Below are positions 12,931 through 28,124 of a DNA stretch of 64,000 nt, piece after piece (position 1 is the first letter of the stretch; each line of letters opens with the position of its first letter). The notes beneath the pieces were generated by a model that made no database searches, had not been told where the DNA came from, and saw nothing but the letters and a program-made list of their open reading frames with translations. A program made the translations under genes and the position numbers. Source of the DNA: Chrysomallon squamiferum (taxonomy: Eukaryota > Animalia > Mollusca); the NCBI GenBank assembly GCA_012295275.1, contig CM022670.1, positions 19,530,001-19,594,000 of the forward strand, in the 5' to 3' direction.

Positions 12931-13847
12931 TACATTGAGAGAGGGATTATAAAACATTTCGTTCGAATATCTATTAACCAGGAATTTTTTAGGGAATTTT
13001 AATAATAGTTAAAATAAATTACAGATATAATCTGAAACATGAGAATAATTTTACAAATGTAAAATATACAAGACATAACAACTAAAGGGCTGGAAATGAA
13101 ATCATACAATACTTTTTACAAAATGCTTTAAAAATTGTTAAGATAACGAAAAATAGATACATTTTTAAACTTTATACTAGAAACATATATATATGTTTAA
13201 AGACTATATTTATAATCAGTTCACACAATTAAAACAACAAAAAAACAAAACATCTTTTATCTTTTAGCAGAGGTGTTTATAATATTCAAGCAATCTAATT
13301 TGTAGTGACTGTTATGCTTCTGTTTCAGATAAATAACATAATAAGTGCTACTAGTCTGTCTGTTTAAAAAATAAATATTCTAGGCCCAACACAGACATTA
13401 GATGAACTTAAATATTCATTGAAATGTACATTACCACTGCTACTATTGCTGCTATCACTACAGCTACACAGATGTATCAGTATAAAAATACTAGGGGCAA
13501 ATGATTCTGAATATCTTCTCTTTTTGGGGGTCAGTGTCGATGAACAAATAAATGTCATGAGTGTAGACTGTACTGAATAGGTAAAGTTAACAGAGAAGAC
13601 GTTCTAGGATCAGAGAACATATTTAGAGGATCTGATAAAACAAATATCCACACGTGAGTTATATCTCAGAATACGAGTTTGTAAACTGAGATAGTTTCTT
13701 TTCAAATGCTTTCAATGCAAATAGTCATGTCATTGTTCAGGTCATTTTGAGTAAACGCATTATGTTCTCGTTCAAGTTACTTCCTAGTTGGTAAAAATTA
13801 AAAAAAAAAATTAAAAAATTAAAACACGACACAGATTACTATACAAC

Positions 13848-13923
13848 ATGGAGAGAATCGGACTGTTAATGTATCTGTCTATAGTTTTGACACTTGAAAT
13901 GAAATTTTTACTAGCTCAATTCG
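13848..13923 (+). CDS. Gene B exon 1, signal peptide [25 protein letters not shown]
   Basis: ATG in acaacATGg context, hydrophobic core, and a phase-1 donor G|gtgagt matching the phase of the lectin exon. Confidence 0.75.
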
Positions 13924-15580
13924 GTGAGTTATTGTTATTCTTTTGTAAAATCTATTGGATTTACTATAATTTAAACCGTTAAAAGTTGTTTTTTGAAATG
14001 TTTTTGAATTATATATCTATATTTCTATACTATCTATATTAAAAATAAATTGAACCAAGATCTTTAGTTGCAATTTCAGAAATGTATTGAATATTTAAAT
14101 AGTATTTTGACATAATTAATTAAATTTAAAATCATATAAATGATGTTTATCATAACATTCATCCACCCTATTGCACACACAAAGGACACTCGCGTACAGA
14201 AACAACAGAGGTACTAAATTAACATAGATCAAGGAGCACCTAACTAATGTTTCACTGAAAGATGATTTGCAAGTAATTCTAATAAATAATTTAATTACTA
14301 ATATAACGAAACTTTGAAGAATTGTGTTTTACTGAATTTAACAGTTGATGTGCAGTTTTACTCTTGGTAACTAGAAAATATAATATTTTCCATTTCCATG
14401 CCGTGGAAACCTTTAAGTTGCCGTCGCTCTTTCATAAATCCGTTAATATTTTATTCAGTTTCTAAGAAAATATATTTTTCTGCTTCTTATTACTACAATT
14501 ATTACTTTTTAATTATAAGAAATAATGCAGTTAACATGGTTCTCTATATGTTAATTCGTAACGTAAATTCAGTGTATGAAGTCGACTTATTTTTTACTTT
14601 GTTTTCTATCTCTGTATAATTAATTAATTCTCCTAATTTCTTATTTAGTAAGTCAATGTAGTTTCACATCTGAATATGATTTACTTTCTCAAATTTGAGT
14701 TAAATAAAAAAATTAAATATTTCTCTCTCTTGTTAAAAATACGTATTCACTGAGCTAAAGGAAATTTCTTGTTGGTCATAAATTATTTAGAAAGGATTAA
14801 TAATTTCATTTGATTTTACAACAAAATAAAACAAAATAAAATAAATAAAACAAAAGGAACCAAATGCCAAATAAAAAAGTAATTATCAACTTCCTAAAAC
14901 ATTCTTACATTTTTACTCTTAAGAGGACACAGTGTTTTTTGATATGGCTGGGTAAGCAATAAGTATGTATTACAGGTTTGTTGGCTGGTGTATTTTTGTG
15001 TCTAGAAATAGATAACAACATACAGTGTTACGTAAATAGTCACGTCGTTAGTTTTCTTTCATATTTTTTAAATGTGTATTACTTTATACATAAAATATAC
15101 TTGGGATGTTGCTGTTGCCTAATTAAATATCTAAATGTTAATTGCTACTGAAAATAAGTTTATTTAATTTTAAGATCTATTTTTTTTATTATTTTGATAA
15201 GGTTCGCACTTTTAACTTATATTCATCTGACGACAAACAGCAACCTACAGCACGCAGTGGTTTATAAATAAATAATGAATTCTACTTCTTTGTCATCTAA
15301 AGGATATTCAGGTTTTAGATGTTATTCACAGTCCGTAAATCCGAGAAGTTTCTTTACAAACAATTCGGTAAAATGTTAGAATATATTACCAAAAAAAAGT
15401 GTAATTCAAACTTGAACAGTTGGTATGAAAGTAATATTATAAACACAAATAATATAGAAATGTGATTAAGAAGTAAACAGTACATACCAATTAATTTTTG
15501 TGCACTTACTATCAGTTTAAGATATTTCTATTATTACAATTAGAAATTGTGCGTGTGTGAGTTGCTTTTGTATGTGTATT

Positions 15581-15653
<73 letters not shown>

Positions 15654-15861
15654 AGATGTGTGTGTGTGTACATATGTTTTTTGATTTGTCCGTAGCATTT
15701 TTTTAAAAAGAGAACCATAAAGAAATACGTATTGAGTATAGCTTTGAACGTATGTGATCCTTACGACATAGGATAATAATATTGTTATTTTAGATTCATA
15801 AATATAACACTGTTAAATATTCAGAAAGAAATATTATAAAAAAAGAAGAAAGAGTGATACT

Positions 15862-15905
<44 letters not shown>

Positions 15906-16166
15906 TAAATAGAAAAAACTCTCTTCAGACACTGATAAATATGTGTATAAATGAATCCAAAGTTTATTGTGTAACTTCGTGTTTGATAAAGTCGCCAGAG
16001 GAGAAATGACATGGATACACACTCGCAGTATTCTAGATTCGAAACCTGACACTAAACATTATATGTAACATAAACCGAGGTTGAGTTATATGTTTTCATG
16101 ACACTATTTCTAAGTAATAACAGTAAATCTTTAGAGTATAAATGATGAATTGACAAAGCTATCCAC

Positions 16167-16210
<44 letters not shown>

Positions 16211-16697
16211 GTTATTATTATTGTTGTTGTTATTGTTAATGTTATTATTTGTATCATTGTTTTTATTATTATTATATGCTCTGGGTTGGTATTAGCTATT
16301 ACTATTTTTCAGGAAAGATTAACTTTGACAACGTGATGTTTAATTTTTGCAGAGAACGTAGATGGTGGGAAATCTACATACATGTCTGGTGGTTACAGAG
16401 CTGATAAAGCTGTGGATGGTGACACGACTCAGTCAAAGTGGTATATTTGTATAGAAACCAGTCTGGGTCAGCGATTTAGCTGGTGGGAAGTCGATCTGGG
16501 TAAAAACTATTTTATACACGAAGTAAGAATTTACTTCAGAACAGACTGTAAGTATAAAATAAGTTTTTATATTTTTGTTATTTAACTAAAGGACTAAATA
16601 TGCATGATATCTTATGTGTGTGTGTGTGTGCGTGCGTGTGTATGTTTGTGTATATAAATATATATATGTGTGTGTGTGTTCGTGTGTGTGTATATGT

Positions 16698-16765
<68 letters not shown>

Positions 16766-18516
16766 TTTCGGTAGCATTTGATTTCATTTATCGATCCCAT
16801 GCCCAGATATAAAGCTTTTCTGCGAAATGTACAAATATTATGTTTCTGAAATTGTTATTTTAAAAAAAATTATATACATATATTACACGTATTATGTATC
16901 ATGTTTCTCATATAGTTATTTCTAAAATAACATAGGATATATTTGAGAAGATATAGCAACAGTATTTAAATAATTATAATGGTTCAACCATTTGCCAAAC
17001 AGATGAATAGTTGCTGATAATAATATTTTCAGAATTAATCTCAGAAGTATATTAGCAGATAAGTCATTATTAACACTTTATTTGCAAACTGTATTTGTCA
17101 CGATTAAGTGTAGGAAAGAAAAATAAATAAATAAATAAATAAATAATGGGGAAAAAAAAATAGAAAAGAAGAAAACTGAAAAACCGAAACGTTTTCTTTT
17201 TTCCTTTTTCAATTAAAAAACAACAATAATTTATTTGAAAATATGTATAATTAATTTTATATTACAGTATCATACTGTTTTTAAAAGATCGCATTTAGCT
17301 ATTGTCACAAATGAGATTACTTTAATGACAGACTAAAACAAATACATTGGGCAACTACTAACGAACTATAACATGAGATCGTTTCAAATTGAAAAAGTTT
17401 ACCTAAATAAAATTACATTTTTTTAATTATTTTTTTTTAAATTGTTAATATTTGCAAGAAATTCGTTGTAAATGAAAACTTGTAACCTTAAAATAATAAT
17501 ACATAACTCGCTGGGTCATGTATTAGAAGGTTCACTATACAAGACACACATAACAAAAAATAAAATAAAATTAATCCATCATTTTCGCTTATAGATACAG
17601 AGGAATTTATTTAATTATTTATTTATTAATTTATTTACTGCAGCACTTCCAGCAGTTAACCTCATTAGAAAGAGACAAATAGTGAAAAAAAATGTATTTC
17701 TTTCATTCCACTGACATGACATATTATGAAATATATTTCTAGTGATTATATTTCTTTAATTAGAAAGAAAACACATATACGTGCCTTCTACTACTAAGTG
17801 TGAAATAAGATTAATAGCGCGTTATATCAGATACAAAATAATAATACAGTTTAATGCAATGACCGATGTAAGCTATATAATTTAATATTTTATTGTTGTT
17901 GTTGTTGTTGTAGGGAAATGGAGGCGAAATGGAGTTCTGGTTTATACGTCTGAGTCAGCACGTCAAATAAACAAAGGACAACAGTGTGGAGAACAAATCA
18001 CAGGTAACAAAGACGGATCTAACATTGCAGACATAGTAAACAGAACATGTGATAGCGTGGGAAGATACGTGACACTTTATGAAGATACGCTGAACAAAGA
18101 CTCATGTCATCTGTGTGATGGAGGCCGAGGAATGGATTTCTGTGAAATTGAAGTCTATGGTAATTAGTTAATTAATTAAACAAATTTAAACTTTAGTATG
18201 TCTGAAAAAACAACAACGGTGATATAGATTTTCTCGAAGTATAAAGGATATAATAACTAATGTCTAGAAATGTTACAAATATAATTATGAAATATCTTCT
18301 GCTTTTTACATTTGAATATCTGTTAAAATATAATTTCAGTTTTAGAGGCACAAAGCGTAAACGATTAAACATCAAACATAATAAATAAAAGTAAAATCCG
18401 TTTGAATCGAATGGAACAACATCCGATGACATCAGATGAGACGCACTGTCATACAATACAAAACAACACAATATAATACATAATCACGATCAAATTCTAT
18501 TTAAAAAAAGTAACAC

Positions 18517-18567
<51 letters not shown>

Positions 18568-18985
18568 TATAAATCTGGAATCATAATGGTTACTTATTTT
18601 ATACATATATCTTAGAGTCTTACAGTAGAAATAAATGTGAAAGTCTGTGAAAGGAAAGGTCAGAAAGATGGGAAAAAAGTCTAAATTTTCTACAGGTGCA
18701 ATTCTCATAATGCTGTTTATCACCAAAAAACGTTACGTTTAAAATAGTGATATTTTATCTAAATTCAGCTTATGATTATTGTTGTAACTGTAGATTAGTC
18801 AAAAATTATCATTTTTAAACAGCTTGTGAGTTGAATGTGAAATATGGTACAAACTGTATGAAGAAGTGCAGTGACAGACATTGTGCTCTTACTTCATCAT
18901 CATGTAACGTACAGACAGGTGACTGTGATTCTGGAAGATGTCAACCTGGATGGACGGGAAATGACTGTACAACAGGTAAAACAGA

Positions 18986-19040
<55 letters not shown>

Positions 19041-22000
19041 TATTAAATTCATCAGGATTATAAAGTTTTGTGATATTTTTTAAAAGTTGTTATTAGCTTG
19101 TGAAGTGAATGTCAAGTACTGTTCTAAGTGTGACAAGTTTTGTAAAAATCGTCACTGTTCAGTTTAAAACTCATTTTGAACAGAAAGATGTCTGTCATAT
19201 CGCAGTGTGTCAACCAGGCTGGATGGGACGTGACTGTACAACAGTTAATACTGTTCTTCATATACTCTTATACGTAATAAACTGCAGTGTTTCGTAGGTT
19301 CAGAGGAAGCAGGGGATACATTTTTGTAAATGTGATAAAACTAATTCTTCTTCTTTCACTCAATGTACAAATATGTGCTATATAATGTTATATTTCGAAA
19401 GAAATCTAAATAAATGTTTCAAAACTAAAACAGTAAAAAACAAATTCTGAAAGATGCTTTTCAAATAATAGAGTAGTGAAATTTTATCTAAATTCAGTTT
19501 TTGATTATTACATTAACTGTAGATTAGTAAATAATATCATTTTAATACAGCTTGTGAGTTGAATGTGAAATATGGTACAAACTGTATGAAGAAGTGCAGT
19601 GACAGACATTGTGCTGTTACTTCATCATCATGTAACGTACAGACAGGTGACTGTGATTCTGGAAGATGCCAAGCTGGATGGACGGGAAATGACTGTACAA
19701 CAGGTAAAACATTTATTGAAATAAATTTATACAATTTTAAATATATCAGTTTGTAGGTGATATACTTGAGAAATACATGTATAATACATTGAAACGCAAA
19801 CATATCATTTTTTTTTCTCATTAAAACTTCAGTTCTAGGTGTAATAATTATAATTGTAGGAAATTTTATATCTCTTAACATCATCGTTCAGAATTTGAAA
19901 TGCGTTAGATTTGTTATGTCATGTTTTCAATGCAGAGAAAGAAAACATTCTTTCGCGATTATTGATGGAATAATTAAAATGTGAACAGAAAGGATTTTAC
20001 TATTTTACATATTGATTATAGCGCTGATTAGTCACATTAGTGATGCAAATGATCTACAACAGACAAAAAAGCCAAAGCACAACTGTAATTTATTATATAT
20101 GAATTCTGATGTTCGTTAATATTTTCTTTGTGTTGTTTTCTTCACTGAAAAATAGCACATATGACTAACGTGATATTCTAAAAATTATTTGTCGATATTC
20201 CGGTACCGGACAAACGTGTACAGGTAACATTTTCAGCAACAACTTTGAAATCATTGTTCAAATGATTAAAACAGTGAATTCTCCTGATTAATATGTTGTT
20301 GTAGATCACATCATTTACAGACATTTAACGTTTTGACGCAAAAAATTATATCATAGTAAACAAAGTAAAAATTTTGAAGTATAAAAGCAAACTGTTATAA
20401 TTTCATATTTTCAGGGATTTTCTGTAAGTTCATGAGTGAACAATTGAAAAGAATATCTATTTAATAATTTACAAATTTTAGATATAAATGAATGTAGCGG
20501 TCAAAATTCATGTAGCGTCAATGCGGACTGCACTAATATAATTGGATCATACACATGTTCTTGTCGAAGTGGATTCAGTGGAAACGGAATTACTTGTACA
20601 GGTAACCACATTCTTTAAACAAATAAACAAACAAAACAAAAAAAAATAAAGGAAAAGTAAAAACGAAAGAAGTAGAATAAGCAAAACAAAAATAATCGGC
20701 GGAAAAAATATGCCGCTCACACCTAACAATAATAAAATCATTTGTCTGAACTGCAGCTGCTTTCTTTGAAATGGTGAAAAGCAAAAGTATTTTGTTAATA
20801 TTATTTTCTGATAACTTTGGGACATTTGTTTGTGTTATGTTTATGAAATGGCTACTTCTGCTACTATTACCTTTGCGACAAGTTCTGTTTCTTTATTAAA
20901 GCTTGTGAAGCCGGTGTAAAATACGGTCCAAACTGCAGCAAGTTGTGTTCACATCGTAAATGTAAATCTACTAAATCTTCTTGTGACAAAGTGACTGGAA
21001 AATGTGATGGAGGTTGTAAGGAAGGATGGAAAGACGATGACTGTACAAGAGGTAAAATCTTTTTTCTCTGTATGTGGACATTTTATGGCATTGAGAAAAT
21101 AAAAAATATATATTTAACAGTGACTAGAGAATATAAACACAGGCGAGAAAATAAACATTAAAATTTACTAACTGAGCATATTGTAAAATACAATCATAAT
21201 AATTAGGTAACACGTCTGTTATATTATAATATATTTCGGCACAGTAAAGCAAAATGTTAGCGACAGTTACTTATATGTCTATGTGTATGTGCAAACCAGT
21301 TTTAATTATTGTCATTTGTTTGAAATCTAGACGTGGACGAGTGTCAGCTTAAGGACAGGTGTGATAAGAACGCTGTTTGTCACAATACACCAGGATCATT
21401 TACGTGTACGTGTAAAAATGGATTTACAGGAGATGGTAAAACGTGTACAGGTAAACCATCACTTTTTAAATTATTTAAACTTTTTCTCTTATTTAAAATG
21501 AAAATGTTATACCAGATAAATGGCGCAGACAAAAATTAATAATAATAAATCAAATATATTTATTTTTTCAAAATATTTTAGTTAAATGTTGTTTGATTTA
21601 TTGATTATCAATGGACATTTTATTTCAGTAAAATTATAAAACTTAATAATATTGTGAACAATGTTTATTTAAATTTTTGTGATTGTAATTTTATGATTGT
21701 CTTATGTATTTATATGTAAAAACGTTTATGGGCTTCAAGTTTACTACTGATGTATCTGAAACATAAATTATTTGTAATTCAGTTAATTTATTGTTTTCCT
21801 CAGATGTGGATGAATGTCTTAAGTCGGGTGCATGTGGTGCTAACGCTAACTGTACCAATACAAACGGATCTTTTACGTGCACTTGTCTGAGTGGATATTC
21901 TGGAGATGGCCACAGTTGTACAGGTATTAAAATTAGTTTGTTCTTGAAACATAATGTTTAGCATATGAATCAGTGTAGAAAATATTAAATTAGAGTTTAA

Positions 22001-23625
22001 AATTGGCAGATAATTGGTAATTTATTATTATAATATTTTCTCTTTTTTTTTGGTGATTCTTATATTAAAAAGTTATGTTATTAATAGCATTTTGATGATA
22101 TAACTAAAATATTCTGAATTGTTTTGTTTTTTGAAGTAAAATTAATCAGTACATTCTCGACACGTTTAAATAATTTCAGTTAGATTATTTTACAATTAAT
22201 TCATCATGTATTTAAACATTCTTTGTTTAAATGCGAAACTATTTAAAATTTTTGCTAATAATTATTTTATTTATTTATTTTTTTTAATTTTTTTTCAAAT
22301 TCAGATGTGGACGAATGTATTGTGATGAAACCATGTGACAGTAATGCTAACTGTACCAACACTGAGGGGTCATACGTTTGTATCTGTCAACATGGTTTTA
22401 CTGGAGATGGAAAAACATGTAAAGGTACTAACAAAAAACATATTATAAAAACAATAACTGTGATAAGTATTAAAATAATTTACCATGTTGTATAGAATGG
22501 TGCAGCGTAAGATAATTGTGTTAGATAATTTAGATAACTTCAGTAGTTTTCATATAAAATATTAAACATGTAAATTTACAAATTTGGTATGTTCTCTATA
22601 AGAAATAATGAAATAATTCTCAGTGGTGTGATGATTTCTAATGCCTTAGCAGAACTGATTCCTATTATATAAAACCTAGCATATCCATAATTAAGAGCAC
22701 TGTTTAATAATTTCCCATAATTCATGTGAAAGATGGTAAAAGAGAATATATAAATTGAAATAAATTAGAACAAATATAATAATTTAAAAAATAATAATAA
22801 AAGGAAACAATATAGAGATTTTGTATCTTCTTTGACGTTTTTCAATTTCTTTGTTTCTCAGAATGTGTCTTAAATGTCTCGTATGGTTACAACTGTAGTG
22901 AAATGTGTGAAGTCCGTAAATGTTCTAACAGTTCAACATGCAACACGAAAACTGGTAGTTGTCTTGGAGGATGTATGGCAGGGTGGATAGGCGAAGACTG
23001 CATACATGGTTTGTATAATAATAATAATAATAATAATTTAGCATACGGTAGATATAAAGAACTTATCAAATATACTGAAATATTAAAGAAAAAACAAACA
23101 ACTAACTTTATTTCTTAATTAATTATTAATTTACTGTTATAATTAGATGTGAACGAATGCAAAAATGTGAGTATCTGTGATGTCAATGCTGACTGTAAGA
23201 ACACAGAAGGATCATACACGTGTACTTGTCGATCTGGATTTTCTGGAAGTGGAGAATCATGTTCAGGTAAACAAAACCATTTCTACAGAAATTACAAAGT
23301 TTATTTAAAATGTTTTCAGATAAAGTAAAAAAAAAGTTATGTGAAAATTGCACGGAGCATATAATCATTATGACATTAAATAATTTCATTTAATAATATA
23401 AGAAACAAAAATTAGAAAATCATTATATCCATGAATTATTAAAAGTCTGATTTAAATCATGTTGAAATGTTTCTCTTATTATTATTTATAAATTGCAATG
23501 ACATTTTAATAAAAAAAGTATAGAAAAACGAGGAAAAACTAATCAGAAAGTATTAATTAATTTAATTATAAATTACATATATAATATGTAATTACATACA
23601 TATAAATATATATATATGTACACAC

Positions 23626-23676
<51 letters not shown>

Positions 23677-23690
23677 TATATATACATATT

Positions 23691-23732
<42 letters not shown>

Positions 23733-24090
23733 ATTTATAAATAAATTATAGATCATTTAAGAGTTCAAATGTCAGAAGTGTTCATCACAAAATGAAAATA
23801 ATGATGTAAAAGGAAAACTTGTTACATTTTTATCTTCTCGTAACTGAACTTGTTGTAGGTCAGTGGTAAGAGCTGTTTCTTGAGTGTCCTCGGCCACTCT
23901 AGACTATTTGTCATTACAGTATGTAAGAGCTGTTCCTTAAGTGTCCTCGGCCACTCTAGACTATTTGTCATTACAGTATGTAAGAGCTGTTCCTTAAGTG
24001 TCCTCGGCCACTCTAGACTATTTGTCATTACAGTATGTAAGAGCTGTTCCTTAAGTGTCGTCGGCCACTCTAGATTATTTGTCATTACAG

Positions 24091-24140
<50 letters not shown>

Positions 24141-27100
24141 TGCTATCTTACTGGATATAAAAGATTTCAATATTTGCTTGCATCTGAACATGAAGGTGAA
24201 CGTAGAAAACCACATGTTGCTTAAAGGTTTATATTTAATGATGAAAGCCTTTTTTTTCAGAGAATCCTGCAACAACCGGTTCTTTGCAGACAGCGGCGAT
24301 TGCTGGAAGTACAGTAGCCATTATACTGATTATCTGTGTGATAGTAATAGTCGTAGTTATAGTCATGAGGTAATCATTTAATAATCATTGTGCTAGTAAT
24401 AGCTGAGTTACATTTTTTTTATATAATGATGTGTAAATCTCTTCCACTGGAGTTGAGATTAGTACTAATCCATCGTAAACAGATATGTCAAAATTCACTA
24501 AAGAATCAGTACATTGCTTGGTGTTCAACTGTTCTGAATTTATTGATGTATATAACTATTTACTGAAATAAAAAAATAGTAAATTTAAAAAAATACTTTA
24601 AAAAGTATCTTTTTAGACTGATTTTAGGTTTTTAACACTCAAATTGCTTTCTTCTGATATTTTTAATATAGATAATTAGACTGTTTGGGATGATAGCTTA
24701 ACAAACAGTGCCAGGCCACTTTTTCTTATAATTACCAATTCAAAAAGTTAGTATTAATATGAAATGTTTTACTTTGAAAGATGATTTTTATGAAGAGGTT
24801 CGTAAATTCACCCAAGCAGTTGTTCTTAGAATTTGTTACGATTTGTTCTTTTAAAACTAGAACATATATGCATACAGACTTACATACATCATATAAAATA
24901 ATACAGAAATCACATCAAAATCCTAGATATATTTGTTATTTAAATTTAACAAGCTCACCTTTGAGATGATGACAAATACTGGAAACTTGTTCTGTGTTGA
25001 CATTTTTAAACTGTAAATATTCTATTCTTGAAGGAGACGACGAATGACAAAACGTGATACTGAAACATTTTTAGACGTGGACACTCTAAACAGCCATACG
25101 TCATCACCGAGATCTAAAAATCTGAACAGTAAGTAATCGACAGTCATTCACGTTGAGGAGCTGTTCTTGTTACTTTCTCTTTCGTATGGTAAGACTGAGG
25201 TCGTGAGTCTGCTATTGTCTGCAAAATGCTGTGATCAACATTTTCTAGCTTGTGCTGTATTAACTGGTCTAAGCTTTCAAAACAGATAAATCGAACACTT
25301 TCTTTACGTTGTTCACACTTTGTCCAAGTTTACCAAACTAGTTATATTTTCAAAGGAGCCATGTTTTCAACGATGCAGAAAAGAAGTGTTTTGAAAACCA
25401 GACGATGTGCCAAAGATGATTAAAATTTTCTTGAAATCATATCTTTAGATTAAACTATTGTTTCTACATTCATGTGGAATTTAGTGCCACTTATTTAACC
25501 TTGCCTTTTTTAACGGAGAATAATATTGTAGAAGGTTGAAAATTGTACTTTCCGCCATTAGGGCCTTCCTGAATTCATCAACCGTTTTTAAATTTTCCAA
25601 AATAATATCATTTTAGTAATTTAATTATTATGGTAATATCATCAAATCTATAAAACCTGAACTCTTTTTCTAATATCTGGTTTGGACTGTATGCATTGTA
25701 AGCAAAACACTGTCGCGTCGTGAAGATTGACTTTTTTAGAGACTACTTATAACATTCAGTAATTTGACATAATTTAGTTCTGTAAATACTGAAAATTATC
25801 TAAAATAACAAAAAAATAAATAAAATAAAACTAATATAATACAATCAGTGCAGAAGCAACACAATACTAGAAAATAAAGCAAAAAACTTAGTAAAAACAG
25901 ACAACACACATATGTATATACTAATAAACCTTCAAACATTCATACATATATACATACATATTTGTATTTATGAACATATACATTAATATATACATAATAC
26001 TTACACATTTAAATATATATGTATATACATTCATATACATACATATAAACACATGTACACATACATTCAAATACTGAATCATTTACAAATACTCCAACAC
26101 ACATATAGGCATTCATAATTACATGTACATTCATACATACACATATGTACAAACATACACATACACACACACGTACATGCAAACATATGTACAAACATAC
26201 ATATACATACATACAGACAAACAGTGAGACTGATTGTTAAATAGAGAAATGTTATTTTGTTTAATAAAGAGGCAGACAACATCTATGAGAATGTTGGTAA
26301 CCAACAGCAGCATTCATCACATAGAAGTGAAATTTCCAAACAAGAAAAAGCCAATGTTAAATCTGCTGGAAAAACTGAGAGTAACACAGCTCAAGAAGTG
26401 GATGAAGAAGAAAAGTGTGAAGATACTGCAGTCTCTGTATACTGCAATGTTACTGAGTTCAGTCTGCCAGATGGTGGTGTACCAGTTTCTGAGCTAAGTG
26501 TTATCCTGAACAAGATCAGAAACCAGACTGGTGGATTTGCTACAGAATTCCAGGTTTGTAATTGAAAGAATGATAAGCAACATTTTAAAATATTTATTTG
26601 TTAGCAGTTATAAGATGTCTTGTATGATGAAATTACAAGAGAGGAAATCCACTGAAACTATTCCATTTATGTTTCACTTATAAATAGCAAGAGTTACATA
26701 TATATATGTAACTGTTGCTATCTTTGTTAAGGTATAAAAGTCTGTTGGGATGGTCAGTTAATCTGTCATGTATCACACTTTAGATGTACCATCTGATAAA
26801 AGAACTGCAGTGTGAAACTGAAAATATTCATTATACCAATTACTTTCTGATACCACTGTTGGAGAAATTCTTGCATTTCGATTTAAGCTCAGATCATATT
26901 GAATAACTAACTCTAATCACATTAATATTCAATGCTTATTAAAAAAAGATAACTTTTCTACAATTATTCCTATTTTAAGACTGATTAGTAATCTTTATAA
27001 TATATTCTTGTTGATGTCTTATAAAGATGCTGTTAATGATCATCTGTTATGTTCTTTTACTGTTTTTTTAATAATTGTTTTTATTATTTTATTAATGTAA

Positions 27101-28084
27101 ACAGAAGTTGCAGAAAGACTTTGTGTTTTCTTACAATGAATCACAGATTGCAGAAAACAGATCTAAAAATAGATTTGCATCCTATTATCCATGTAAGTAA
27201 AACAAACAAATAAAATTAATCTACTTCTCACATTGATATTAATTTCATGAAATTATGCTACATCTAATTAACAATAAACTAACAAAGGTAATCCACTGTA
27301 AATTTAAGTTGTGCTGTTTGATATTGGAATAAACCAAGAGTTTAACAAAAAGTCATAGTTTTACAGATTTAAAATGTTCGTGTAAATTACTAAATATGTC
27401 CATTGACTTCTCTTTTTCAATTTCAAGCAATTTCAATGTGTTTCTTCACTGAGATAAATTAACAAATAATTGTTCACAGTTTTCACAAGTTTTATACATT
27501 TTGTTTGATTTTTCAGTTAATTTTCATACATACATACAAAGGAAAATCACTTAAAAATAATTACATTTAATTTGAAAATGTATCAAATTTAGATTGTTCA
27601 GAAATGTTTTCTCTCTCTCCCACACATATACTCACATACACAGACACACATGGACATATACACACATACATAGGCATACACACAAACACCAACACATATG
27701 CACACACAATCACAAACAGACAGTGATATATTGAATTGGCTGTCATATCATTTTGTCAATTCACTTTATTTTCAAGATGACCAAAACAGAGTTTGTCTGA
27801 CATTGTTGCCTGGAGTTCCACATTCTGATTATATCAATGCCAGTTACATTGATGTGAGTTACTATCTTCTTTTTTTTACATTTCTTTTTAATGTGAAACC
27901 ATTAGACAAATAATGTGTATTTCTGAATAATCGAAATTTCATACATATTGAAATTAATTATAACTGTTTTTAATTGATTTTTATTTTCAGGCTTTCAATG
28001 AAAAAGATTATTTCATTGCTGCTCAAGGTAAACTTTTTGCATCATAAAATTTATTTATAATTCACATTTTAAACAACAAAAACA

Positions 28085-28124
<40 letters not shown>

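Noticed and set aside
12980-13000. gggaatttt NF-kB-like site (also ggaaatccc at about 8076)
   Set aside because: Short, imperfect matches are expected by chance in AT-rich DNA.
13540-13590. atg agt gta gac tgt act gaa ..ggtaaag resembling an EGF exon end (VDCTE)
   Set aside because: Too short and lacks the GW motif; could be chance.
23822-24224. Repetitive ORFs and a CRISPR-like look of the 57-bp repeat
   Set aside because: The copies are head-to-tail with no unique spacers, intronic and eukaryotic; it is a minisatellite.
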